Shown: one piece after another, positions 26,560 through 39,400 of the stretch
How the letters are laid out: each line of letters begins with the position of its first letter
How positions within the stretch are numbered: position 1 is the stretch's first letter
NCBI GenBank assembly: GCA_022813865.1
Contig: JALDZX010000012.1
Span: 62,001 to 126,000, forward strand
Source of the DNA: Xylographa opegraphella
Taxonomy: Eukaryota
Reading direction: 5' to 3'
Length of the DNA stretch: 64,000 nucleotides
Made by a program: the position numbers and the translations under genes
Notes under the pieces: generated by a model
The model's database searches: none
What the model was told of the DNA's origin: nothing
What the model saw: the letters and a program-made list of their open reading frames with translations, nothing else

Positions 26560-27627
26560 CAGCCTTCAAGTCCGTATATGGGCGAGATAATGCCGCCAAC
26601 GGAACTTTGCCTTTCTCGGGCGCGAGGTTGGGCAGAGTGATCGCTATTCATTGTACATATGGGGGAAAGCAGAGCTGAGAGGAGTAAACTCGGCTAAGAG
26701 TTATATTCCTCGGTGGACCAACGTCTTTAGATTTTAGAATCTGATACTCCGTCTCCCAAGAATAGTATAGTTCAATGAAAGAAACTCATGTACCGTTTCG
26801 CTCAAACCAACCTTGTCCAGCGGGACAAGTATATGTTCTTTGTCAGCAATTCTGTGCATCTGCTTTCCCAGAGCAATCGGTCATGATGCTACAATGCCAG
26901 GAATACCAGCGGAGTTCTGGAGAGGTTGTAGGTTTTACTATTGTAGCACTGCATGATAGCTCGTAGAAATAGAGCGGCACGGATGCAGGAGGGAGAGCGA
27001 TGTCAAGCTGTGATTCGGTATCGCTTCGCACACGTCTGGGGGAATTGGGACCTTGGTTGAGCTAAGGTAGGCTACACTGGTCTTCGGGGTATAAGCCTAC
27101 ATGCCGCCAAACATGGTACATCATAAGGTAGGATGAATGGCCGTGACGAACGCCAGTGCTAGAAAGGATTAATTGCTATTTTTTATTGGTACTTCAGTAC
27201 TTCTTAGTCTATAAAAAAGATCTGATGGCGCACATAGCCTATAAAATATAGCAGTGCCTCGCCCCAACTCCCATGACGGGCTCGTAGCCCTGTCTTACGG
27301 GACCGCACACTCGTCTGAGGGGGTACGACTGGTCGTACCTGCCGTCTTGAAGTGGTTGCTTCGTCGATGCGGTAATGAGGGATGTGCCACCCAGTTCCGG
27401 ACAACTGTCGTGAGGAAAAGTCGACGTGGTGGTGATCGACATCCATATTCCAGGCTAGCGGCTTCAGGCCATACCACGGGGCCATGCCTATAAAGAAAGA
27501 TTCTGGTTTCTCTGGATCAAGAATCGCTATCCGATCGCTCGAAAATGCGCCGATAAGTCCGTCACTGTTTCATCCATCGTCGATTCTCCACCGAGCGAAC
27601 AAGCGGAATGTGCTGAAATGCGCTGGT

Positions 27628-28165
27628 CTAAACTCCGTTGACGAGCACGTTTCCTTCGTGGCCTCGAAATTCGCTCATTATCGCCTCAACAGCAGCCCGG
27701 ACACCCTCGACCTTCTCCTCCACAGTCGCCTCGCCGAAAGTTGCACTGCAGCCCACATACGTCTGCTTCCCCGTCCTCCGAGCCAGGATCTTAGCAACGA
27801 GAATGGCGAAGTCAACGGTCGCCGGAACAGGCAGGAGCGCCGTGCTCAGAGGATCCGATTGGTCGAGCCGCTGATGGCCCGCACCCATTTCATCAGCAGG
27901 ATGCCTTGTAGGTATGGAGACCGAGGCTCACATTTGGCATTGCGCAGACGAAGGACCCCAGGGCGCTGCTGGAGGAGGACGTCGCATGGTCGGTAGTGGT
28001 GAGGAAGATGAGGTTGGAGGTCTCGAGCCGGGTCAGGCGGATGTGGAGGGTGGTATGTGGGAAGCGAGGAAGGGGCAGGGCGATGTGCTTGGCGGGAGCG
28101 GACGGAGGGAGAAGTTGGACGCCTTGGCTCTCAAGCGGTGGTCCATTCTGCGTGGTATACGACAT
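27628..28165 (-). CDS. Proteasome assembly chaperone 4 (Poc4/PAC4)-like protein, 2 exons
   Basis: LPLPRFPHTTLHIRLT..LIFLTT, LGSFVCAMP, PLSTAL and AKILARRTGKQTYVGCS motifs. Confidence 0.75.
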
Positions 28166-28471
28166 TGCGGTGGAGGATGAGTTGTCGGGTGGGATCTGAA
28201 GCAACGAGGAGGGTACCTACGCTACTCGGCCCTGCCCTAACTAAGGTAGTTCGGTTCTAGTGAAACGATTAGATACGGGCTTGGTGAAAGGATACCGCAA
28301 TCACCGGACGGAATATCCCTCCCTCCTCGATCGTCGGCATATGGTGGAACAATGATCCGACGCATCCTACACGAGGGTCGGAGGAAATGCGAACGATTCT
28401 GATACGGCCGATCGCTGGTGACAGCGAAGCTCTCGTCATACCTTGACCTACCACGGCCGGGATACCTGAGC

Positions 28472-29954
28472 ATGCAGAAAACGTGGTGCGAAGGGCAAAG
28501 CTTCCAGTCCGACGAAGAAGAACGAAGGGTGCTGTTCGCTGCTCTGGACTCTTTCCGGTAGGTTCTTCGCCAATGCGGCTTTCGTTGTTCCGCCACCTTA
28601 TCAACTGCCAGTGGGAGATTCTTTACTCCGTACGCATGCACTCAATCTCACCCTATCGACATGCACTATAGAATTGTATCAGAAAGGCTTTGAACTGAGT
28701 GCTTTCAATGTATCAGCAGCGTCTACCCACTGATATGCCACCCTCTTCTGATGCAGCCACAAAGTCCAAATATTTCTTGATGACAATTTTAGACAGTATC
28801 GCCGAGCGGCTCACTACAATGTAACCCATCGACGACGGCAAAACTTCTATGCCCTGCCTACATCTCAATGGCAGCTCCTCGCTGCTGCTCCCTTTGACAT
28901 TCTGTCGAGCTTCGATCGCGTGGATGATGCAATCGATGCGAATGCTGATATCGCTTCAGAGATCCTGAGGTCAAGCTTGGAAGCCTTTGGGCTTCAAAAT
29001 GAAAATCTCGATCCTGCCGTGAAGTGGAAAGGTGCGGCTCAACCTTCGGACATGGACAAAGCTCGTAGTACCATCCGACAGCTATACCGAGATTGGAGTG
29101 CCGAAGGTGCCGCTGAGCGCAGGCAGTCCTTTGAGCCGGTGCTCTCGAATCTTGTCAACCTCTTCCCCGTCGAAAACAGCGGGACTACCAAGGTCTTGGT
29201 CCCTGGAAGTGGCCTCGGTCGACTTATCTTTGAGGTGTGTAAGCTGGGCTACGACGTAGAGGGCAATGAGATATCGTACCATCAGCTCATGACAAGCAAC
29301 TGGATCCTGAACAAGGTCGTAGCTGGTCAGCACTTCGACCTCTACCCTTTCGCTCTCTCCTTCTCCAACCACGTAAGCCGCGAAAACCAATTCAAATGTG
29401 TCAAGATTCCAGATGTTCATGCAGGGATAGAACTAGATCTCTCTAGCTCTGGAATGGCAACTCATGCCTTTGAAAGAATGAGCATGACGGCTGCGGACTT
29501 TGTTGTCTTGTATGGCGATGCGCAGAACCGTCGAAAATTCGATGCGGTGATAACAGTATTCTTTCTGGACACAGCCCCCAACGTATTGAGATACATCGAA
29601 ACAATCCATAACTGCCTAAAGGACGGTGGATATTGGATCAATCTGGGGCCCCTGCTATGGCACTTTGAGGAGACTCGAAGACCTCCAGCGGAGCGAGGAA
29701 GTCCAGACCAGAATTTAGCTGATGCAGAGGTGCTTACCACGACACGACCTGCGGCAAAGCGGCGAGAAAAAGTAGGGATAGATGAACCTGGCAGTATAGA
29801 GCTAACGCATGAAGAGATATTACTACTCGTGGAACGAATGGGCTTCAGCATCCAAAGCCACCGCTTGCAGGGCGAGATCGGGTATATACAAGATCCGGAG
29901 AGCATGTTGAAGAACTCATATGCGGTCGCGCACTGGGTGGCACGGAAAGAATAG
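28472..29954 (+). CDS. N2227-domain SAM methyltransferase (carnosine N-methyltransferase CARNMT1 family), 2 exons
   Basis: EERRVLFAALDSFR | intron from 28558 | QYRRAAHYN; IRQLYRDWSAEG, KVLVPGSGLGRL, EGNEISY, TVFFLDTA and WINLGPLLWH. Confidence 0.92.
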
Positions 29955-31015
29955 TATCTTCGTTAAGTCTAATTTGGGCCTCAACAAAAAGAATTACACT
30001 CCATCTGCCCGTCCCTTTCATCATGCAACTCGGATGCTTCCCGCCTGTAGATAATATGTTCCGCTTCGCCCATTGCGTTGTCACCCACTGTGCAGGCATC
30101 GGACGGCCTAAGTCCACAGAACACATTAAAGCCCCAATAGAACTAGTCCGACGAAGAGAAAGAGCCGGTCCTCCACTTGTGCTCCGTATTTGTAGGGTGG
30201 ATGAGTTGTATCTTCATTGTCTATCGCGGCGACTGTTACACGTGGATCAAGACCTACCAGTCTCATGGCCTCGAGGCTGAATCATAGAGGAGATTTTATG
30301 TCTGCCCGATATCGTAGGCCTGTGGAATAGATTGGGTACATGATTTTCTTCCCGGGTTGTCGCGAGTGGGATTTGATACTTAATTGTAAATACAGTAAAT
30401 ACACGGAGAGTCAACCAAAGAACCCTGAAGTGGCGCCTCGCAATAGTGGCGTAGCCCCTATGAGGCTGCTCAGCTTGGGTGAACCCCGCTAAGGCATTAT
30501 TAAGCACGCGAGCCCTGTCATTTCGTCTACCTTTCTCCGCTCTCTTTATTTCTATTGTAGATGTACGCTGTGACTCAATGCGAGACTGTCTAGCACGTCA
30601 AATCGATAAAAGTACAACCTTGGAATCTACCGCGACTGCTCAAGTTGAAATTTGGGACCGAGAAAACGAGGAATAACATGCGTACTCACTTTTGTAGAGA
30701 CCGGCCCAACCAGCCATCTCGCATACAAACAGGATAGTAGTAGGGCCAGGGAAACTGTAGGTGATTCGATCGCCTCTGTATGTCAAGCATGGTAAGGTAT
30801 CAGTCGGCAACATCACTTCCACTTGAATGTTTCATTACACAGAATGTCAGGACGTCAACGTCTTGCTTGTTCCTTCGAAGCTCATGTCATCATGTATCAA
30901 ACATCTGCTGAGTGTAAATCCACCCAACATCATCTCCTATCAACAACTTATGGACAACTTCAAGAATAGCATTGCTTCTTGAACCTCGTCGATCTCTTTC
31001 GTGTCCACAGTCGTC

Positions 31016-32545
31016 TTAATCCTGCTTGAGTTCCTCGCCGGACACTGGGCTGTCTTTTCTCACGCTACCTGTCGCCATTCCCCTATCCGCAATAACGGGG
31101 ATCCCTTCAGTCACATTCATGTGGCCCAACTCTCCCCCGTCGTGGACATGGTGTCGCTCAGTGTCGCCATATAACAAGCTGCGCTGCCCATCGTGAAAGA
31201 GAGCGTAGGCCTCTTCACCATGAACTGCGTCATCGCCAATCTCCAAAGCAGCGTCGGACATACGAAGTGGGACGACCAGCCTAAGTAGGGCAAAGATGAT
31301 GGAGGTCATAACAATGTTGAGGCCGATTATGAACAGAGCTCCAACAAGTTGTAACCACACTTGTTTCCAATTTCCAGCAATAGCTCCACCAGGATTGGTC
31401 AAACCGAATGCGGCACATCCGTCTGGAGTTGCGAAGACACCTGTGAAGATACCTCCTACGAAGCCTGCGACGGCATGAGTGTGGAAAATTCCAAGACAGT
31501 CGTCCACGATCCTGAATAAGCGGAAGTTTTTGCCAGTGATATTCATACTGAACCATGGGATGCTGCCGGACAAGAATCCCATGACGATAGCAGCCCAGCC
31601 ATCGATGACACCAGCTGCAGGAGTGATTGCTACCAATCCGCATATCAGACCGTTGACTGCGCCGATAACGGAGGGTTTCTTGTGGTATACGATATCCCAG
31701 ACAGTCCATGTCAGGAGACTCATAGCGGCGCAGATGTTGGTGTTGAGCACAGCCACACCGGCATCGGTACTGGCAGAATACGGATCACCACCATTGAAAC
31801 CATTCCACCCAATCCAAAGGATACCTGCACCGACCAAGACCATAAGAACATTGTTGGGCTGGAAATCTTCACGGTCCTTATCGAGGCGTGGTCCGATCCA
31901 CCATGCCCCCACGAAACCTGCTGTGCCTGAAGACACGTGGATGACATAACCGCCCGAGTAGTCTATAACACCCATTGCGGCCAGAAAGCCGCCGCCCCAA
32001 AGGCTGAAAGCGCCAACAACGTACGAAAAGGTAATCCAGAGAGGTACGAATATCATCCAAGCAGTAAAACTGATGCGACCAAGGAAAGCGGCGGCCACAA
32101 TGATTACCGTAATCGCAGCGAACACGAATTGAAAGTATACCATTGTCGCCATAGGATAATTCGCCACAGTGCCCGAGGTGGGGAGGATTGCTTGAGCGAG
32201 CAGTTGATCGGACGTGAGGACTGGACCCGGAGTGCCTACGAACGGTGCATGTCCCCATTGGACGCCGAATGCTGACTGCGTGTTAGCGATGGCTATATAT
32301 CATGAGAATGAACTGGACCTCATACCCATTTTGTACCCCCAGATGACCCAAACAATCAACACGCAGGAGAATGCATAGAAAACCATGAAGGCCGAGTTGA
32401 TGGCCCATTTCTTCTTGACAATTCCAGCATAAAGAACGGCAAGCCCAGGGATGGATTGCAGGCCGACCAAGCTGGCCGCTGTGAGCTGCCAGGCATTATC
32501 GCCGGGAATATTCCACGACGGGAACCCAAGCGGATTGGTTGCCAT
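31016..32545 (-). CDS. Ammonium transporter (Amt/Mep), MEP-alpha / plant-AMT2-like type, 2 exons
   Basis: [57 protein letters not shown] and [10 protein letters not shown]. Intron 32272-32325. Confidence 0.95.
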
Positions 32546-33450
32546 GGAGGAAGACTGGAGCAAGCTTTATAAACCGTCGAGACGACGAAGATTGAGCAAA
32601 AAGCAGATGAGGCAAGCAAGGAAGAAGTAGCGATCTTACGAAGACCGAAAGCAAAAGAGGTGTCGAGCTCAGAGGTTTGTGTGGACGGTGGTGTTAGGAA
32701 TGTGAGTCGGGTCCGAAGCCGGAAGGCTGACAGTGAGGTCAGGTAGGCGGCCCGTATCATTCACACAGGACCCCAAGGCGCAACCGTCTCCGTCAACAAG
32801 TCGTGAACGGGCGATTCGAGCAAAGCAGATGCGTCTTGCGTCGTCAGCACCTATCTACGCGTGTCTGCACACCCCAGGACATACTCCAAGTAGATAGATA
32901 TACAGTGCTGCCCTGCGAGACCATCCGCAATTCTCGTCCATGCGTGCGCACTCCTCGCTGTAGCACCCTCGCTTTCGCGAGCAAATAACAGCGTACGCTG
33001 TACGCCATGAGGGCCTTGTCCTTCCTGGCCTTTCTACCTCCCCCCCCAAGCCCGGTAGCTGCATCCTCCTCATCCCTCCCATCGCCGCGCTGCCCAAGCT
33101 CCACGAAAACCCCTTCCGTCCCTTCGCCTCAGCATTCGCCGATACCAAACGTAGGTACCTCAGGTAGTCACCTGCACACCACCTGCACCTGCACCCACCC
33201 ACCGCGCCTCGCCTCAGCTCAGCTCCCGGGCCCGCGGCTCCCCCACGTGGCCACAGCCCAGCGCGTCGCGACGGAGCCCACCAGGCGTCCGTGCGGGGCG
33301 CCGTCGCTTCGGCGACCTACATCTCCTACCGCCCGTCCACCACCTGGCGTCGTACTGTACGCACCGGGTCGGGGCGGGTCTGATTCGTCCGGCTGCGTAG
33401 GAGGCTGGCGGGTAGGGGCGAATGAGAACCAGAGCAGGGGGAGGGGAGCA

Positions 33451-33638
33451 GCTTATCGGTAGGGAAGGTGTTTTGACGTGTCGGATGGGAATGTACTCTG
33501 TATGTGAAGGATTGTAGATGCGGGCTGGGCGGATGACTGCTGGTAGGGTAGGTTTTACTCTTCTGGATCTGTCAGGGGGAGCTGGGAGGAAGGAAGGGAG
33601 GAAGGGGGTTTTGGTGGGGGTGCAGGGTCGCTTATCGG
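33451..33638 (-). promoter_or_regulatory. Two identical CCGATAAGC GATA sites upstream of the ammonium transporter (candidate AreA/Nit2 sites)
   Basis: GCTTATCGG at 33451-33459 and 33630-33638 (+). HGATAR is the established nitrogen-regulator site; function here is not shown. Confidence 0.35.
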
Positions 33639-34029
33639 AGGAGAGGGTTGATGGGGAGGGGAGAGGATGGGAGTGGTGGGTAGGCAAAGCGTGTTCCGAG
33701 GGCAGGGACCTAGCCTTTACGCATTGCAGGATGGGAATCCCATCTCGGTGGTGCTGAGACTTCCGGCGGCATGGTGAGGCGGATGCAAAGACTTCGTATT
33801 TATGCGCTCAGCCGCGTCCCTTGCTTTTGGATTGGGGATCGGAAGCAATCATTGAAGACTAAGACATGGGAAGGATCTGTGGGATACACATGCTAAGAAT
33901 TGAGTCTTGCAAATCCCAGTAATCCATTTGAATCCATACGACCTTAATGATGCATTGCCCCTGCGCAATGCAAGACGACTTCGTTACACCGCATGCTTTT
34001 TTGGACTTACGGTACTCCATAAGTGAATT

Positions 34030-35873
34030 CTACCCCTGCTCGGTTGTGTGACCTGTTGGACCTTGGGAGGCATCTATACTCGATGTCAGTAACAACACAT
34101 CGACAACGAATTGGATTAGGACTTACAATCTGTCGTTACGAAAGCCCTGTCCACCTCGCTGAGACCTGTTGTACGCGTCTATTAGAACGATAGACGATAG
34201 GGTGGTTCATGTAGAAATACCTTCGGCGCAGTACTGTAGAGTCTCCGCGATATCGTGCGTACGGCGTAACGGGGTCTTTTCATTAAGAAGCACGTCATAC
34301 TCAACCCAAACACCATCTCCTGCGTGGTAAGCAGTCAAGCTTTTGAAGCCATCGACTACTGGTGAGAAGCGGTACGCGAGATAGGTCAATTTCTTCTGCA
34401 ATCCATCGTCGACCGCAGATCCACTGAGTCTGGTGACATTCTCGAAGCAAGTTCCAGCCCAGTCGTAGATAATGAACAGTGACAGTAACGAGGCGCCGAG
34501 GGGATCTAGCCACCATAGATTCGCTTTGCTACCTATAAAGGGAAACAAGAGCGAAAGTGTGTTGAAGTACACGTCGGTTTTGCAATCTGTCTACGAATGA
34601 GTGACGATCGAATGTTGAATTGTGGGACAGCTTCATCGTACCTTGTGCCAAGGCCTGAACTTGAGTCGTCTTCACTCTTATGCAAGCAAACCATATTATG
34701 CCCTTCAAGATGACGGTCCCCGCCATTGCCCCGACTGCGATTAGAGGAAGTTCGGCTGCCTCTTGGTCACCTTCGGAAATTCCCTCTATTATTTTTTGAA
34801 CGGACTCCTTGAGGACTTGCAGGAAAGAAATGACCATGAGCTTTTGGAAGCGTTAGCATGAAAAATGTGGTATCAAGACAGAAGGACTCACAATCGAGAA
34901 GACTAAAATGCCGAGAGGCTCCAATCGCCTTCTGCCAACCTAGAACATACACATTAAGATCTGCGCGAAAGAAAGGTCTGCCATTGAACTCCTACTGGAA
35001 ATCTCCGCCTGAGGCCATTTAGTCGCCACAAGACAAGCCTGTTGGTCGTCCATACAATAAGCGTACACAGGAGATCGAGCGCGGAATCCACAAGAGAAGC
35101 GATCAAGGAAAGGGAGTTTGAGTAGAATGCCGCCACCAACTTTCCAGTGAGGAGGAGTATGTTAGCAATGACGTTGATCTGCAGTGAAAATTCGTGAGCC
35201 AGATGGTCAAATCGTAGTGGGATCGAGACCAACATTTATTGTCCATCGAGCCTGCTGCTTTTCTTTTCGCCTTTTCTCTCTTTCATCTTCTGGAAGTAAT
35301 TCTTCGATGTTCTCTCCAGCCCCTTGTAAAGCACCCTGTCTTTCTAAAGCCACGATTAGACTCGCCCTGATCACTGCATACTTTACTAACCGGCAATCCC
35401 ATCGTGGTCTATTCAAATGTTCGTAATTAGTAAGAGTGGAGAGTCCAGGCAAGGCACCGACTGACCAGCATCTGGATTCATAGAATCGAGCACATCGTCG
35501 GCTACACTTTTGACAAGCGTATCAACCTCTAGCCAGTCGTTGAGTCGGCTGTTTTGATTCTCATAAAATTGCCGAAGTTTCTTATTTTTGATGTCTTTCA
35601 GCTAATTGATTCGTCAGTTTCATAGTAACAACGAAGCACATTTACTGTCCGCACTTCATCTTCTGTCTTCCGGAATCTCTCTAGATGATCATTTTCTATG
35701 CCTTCCCTCAGTGCTTTCTTTACGTCCCGAGTACGGCGGTCCTCGAGTGCAAGATTCGCAATGTCCTTGAAGCGGTGCTTTTGAGGCTGTGGGGGCTTGC
35801 CAGTCTCCAAGTCTTTATGGTCCTCCGAATGTTCCTTGTATTCCGTCGTGGAAAGCGATCTTTTCCCGACCAT
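34030..35873 (-). CDS. Cation diffusion facilitator (Mn-CDF/MTP-like) metal transporter, multi-exon
   Basis: RQFYENQNSRLNDWLEVD, SLSLIASLVDSALDLL, VQALAQDCKTDV, WWLDPLGA, AYHAGD..VEYDV and HDIAETLQ..VDRAFV. Confidence 0.92.
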
Positions 35874-36473
35874 CTCCGCTGCTTGTCTGGGGAGGTTAAA
35901 TGATCATATCAAGGAATAGATCGAGTGCAGCACAAAAAATGTGGACATCTTGGACACCCGACGTGCAACCAGGTTTGGGAATCAAACACAGTGATGTCAC
36001 TGATTTCGAGCTGCACTAGGGTACGCGTCCCAGGGCCCGTTGTCGCGAAAAATACGCGACCCTTCAAGGTACGAAGTAAAGTAGGTTTGCGGGTACAATA
36101 TACGCGCAACCTTTCTGCGATGCATAACCTGATTTGTACGGCCGTCTGGTGGTGAAATAGCTTCTAACATACCAAAGTATCCATTGGTATATTTATCAAA
36201 TGACAAAACTATCAAGTGTGTTCCTCAGGAACTCAATGTAAATTCCTGGTATCACAAACCTGTTGAACATCTTGTTCAAGATGTCGTGGAAAGCCTCCAG
36301 TCCTAGCACCACCCATCGACCATATATCTCCTACAAATCATGTGGGATCCAGACCAAGTGAGCTAACAGCCGATTGACTATAAAACAGAGCCCTAGTCCT
36401 ATATTCATGCACGAAGCCCTCCTTTATGCTGATTGCCCTCGACGCCGGTTCTACACTGTGCGGATTAAATACC

Positions 36474-39400
36474 TCAATATCTCAGCTTTCCCACAATGGA
36501 AAAGGTGTAGGCTGTTTCCGCCTCACCCTTCATCTGCACAAACCACGAACGTCAGCACATACGAGGATGCGAAAAGTTTGAATAACGTAATGGTCGATCG
36601 ACCACATACCTGAATCATGAATACCCTCAGCTTTCCGCCTACGACACCCCCCTCTTTCGCTACTAAGCCCCCTTCGAATGCTTCCCACACACTGACTGCA
36701 ATTCCTGTTCTCGCTACCCTTTCAAAGCAGCTTTCTCCCAGAGTGACGTCAAGTAAAGTCTCCCCCTTCGCCTTTCCAATGACCACAATGCGCTTGTCGT
36801 TCGTAGCTTGCTTTTGCTGCGACGTGTTACCAGAGACAAGAAGTGGGTGTGCATCATTTGTAGGCCGCATAATGGTCAGCCGTGCAGAACCCAGATCTCG
36901 CCACTTCGAGGCCGTTTCGCGGATGTAGAGGCGGATCTTGGCGTTGCTGAGACCGATAGGACCTGCACCTCCAGCGGGAGGTAGCTTGCTTTCATCCGCC
37001 GGAGGACCGCTGATCGGATTGGGCGTTGTAGCACCACTACCACTGGAGTTATCAGAAGAGGTGTAGATACTGGCAGCACGACTACCATTGCGTGATAGTA
37101 CTGTAGACCGAGGGATCGAAAAGCGGCCACCATTCATGCTGAAGCGCTTGAGGGCTGACAAAGCGCTTGACATACTTCCAATGCTACTATCACTCATAGA
37201 AATACTGGGGGTAGGTGCACTGCTGGCACGATAGCTGCTTCTGCTGCCTTGGCCAAGGTTGAACCAGCTGGTGGTTCGGGCACCTCGCGTTGAGTGACTA
37301 CGGTCAAAGGAGGGCACGAAGGAAGAGGTAACACGAGCATTCTGGAGGGCGATATAGGTCGGATTGTTGATGCGAGCGTGATTGATGAGTGCGTAGAGAG
37401 CTTCGCATTCCTCCGGGTTTCGGCTACGGAACATGATGTTGTTATTAGAAACTGTGGTTATTTTGGATTCCGCAGTTGGGGGTGAGCGAATTGATATATC
37501 GAGTGCAGTGCCGCGACGAATCGGGACCAGAGGAGTGAGTTCGAGAGCTATGAGAGGTCGCGGAAGCTTGGAATGTGAAGCTTGGCTTGCTGAAGATATA
37601 CTTGAGGTTGTGTCAGCATCCGGCTGAGAAGCTGAGCCAACATTGTCGGATTGTGAATGCGCTGCTGACATCTCGAAAGCCTCTATCAAACCGGGAGTAA
37701 CCACTACGCTACACTCATCAGGATGAAGGTTTTGCCAAGAGCCTTTCTCAGACCAAAAGAAAATGGTAGCGATCGTCTTCGATGCTTTGTTGGGCTGACA
37801 AGGCACCTTTTTGAAAGGAGCTTGCGAAGCAGACTGTGAGGGTGACAGTGTGCCGTTTGGGAGTGAATATAAAGAGCCTTGTGAAGAAATCTTTGGTGGA
37901 CGTTGAAGCGCACCGAGGGGTACTAGAGGAGTAGGTGCGTCGCCATCCTCAAGTTCTTCATCGTCAGAAGAGTCCGAAACTGAGGTGGCTTCGTTCCGTT
38001 CCACGGTCGATGCGTCCGAATCTGACGATGATTCGGATGCAGTAGATGGCTCATACTCGTGCTTCAGTGGCGAGGAAGATCTTCGGCGAGCGTTACGGCT
38101 TGCTACAGGTCCAAGAACTGGAGTCTGTGGTGAAATTTCATGCACATTGTTCGGAGTGGTATGAAGAGGAGCAGGAGGTGGCTTCTCAGATGAAGGGATT
38201 AGACTGGCAGGGCGTTTCTTGACCAGTCTAGTAGGCGTACTGACAATCAGTTCCTCTTTCGTAGGCTCTTTTGGCCACTCGATTTCCACATCGGGCTGGT
38301 AGATTGGAGACGGCGGAGGGCTCTCTTTTCGCACTTTAGGAATGATTGGCAGCTCTAAGGAAGGCGCAGATGATCGCGATCTGTCATAAGATGGCCGCGC
38401 ATCATGTGGCGGCTTGCTTGGGGTGGGAATAACATTCTTTTGCTTGGAACCTTTCTGTGAACTGGGAGATTCATGGTGTTCGCCTCGTAGTGACTCAAGG
38501 GTTCGGAGAGAAATTTCATGTTCGCGAATTCCATCGCCTGTGGACGTCGGTGATATGGGGCTGCTAGGAGTTTCAGAATGTCTGGGATGTCGTTTTGCCG
38601 TTCTTCGCTTCAGCCCAGAAGCTGAAGTGCCAGCCAAACGTAGAGCTTCGTTTAAATTTCTTGGCGAAGGAATCTCGGTGAGGCATACGTTTGCTCTTTC
38701 TTCAATTTGGTGATTTGAATAGGATTGAGGCCTCGTTAGTGAGGGTGCTGAGCTTGTGACAGGCTGAGGCGTTGGACTTGTTGGAGATCCAGGAGGTCTC
38801 TTCTGCAACCTAGTCCGTTCTCTCGGCACTGGGGATGCTGGCGATGATGATGTCGCGCCATGTTTGCCAGGATTTTCTATCCAGGCATTTGCCGTCGAAA
38901 GTGGCTGTTCTCCAATCGGTACTTCAATCCCCCGAGGGCTTGGGGTTCGACTTTTGCCAGTAGTCACTGGCACTGGAGGTTCAACCGTAACAAGTCCACA
39001 AGTAGGAGTTGTCATTAAAGTTTTCCTTCTTTCGTGTTTAGCTAAAAAGCTTTGTGATCTTATAACCTTGGGAGGAATCGGTATTAATCCTAGCATCTGC
39101 ACCCATTCAAACCCTGTAGACTCGTCGTCACTGTATAGGGAAAGAAGCTCGTGCCATTCAAGTCCATGTCCGTTGGCCCCTCTGATCATAACAATGATTT
39201 CGTTTTCGACGTCTCCATTGCGCGCTGAAGCTTGATTGAATTGCACAGGCGGGAAAAGAAGCCATCGGCCAGTACCATCAACCTCGCATATAAGTAAATC
39301 ACCACTGGTTCCTATGCCTGGAGGATCGTCCCGAAGGAGAAGCTCTACGCGGCAGTCGATCTTCTGACCACTCGAATGTTGGAAAGAAAGATTGAAGTAA

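Noticed and set aside
36523..36609. C-terminus of the 1831-aa ORF as given in the ORF track
   Set aside because: It reads into a GT..AG intron; the real last exon is 36474-36533.
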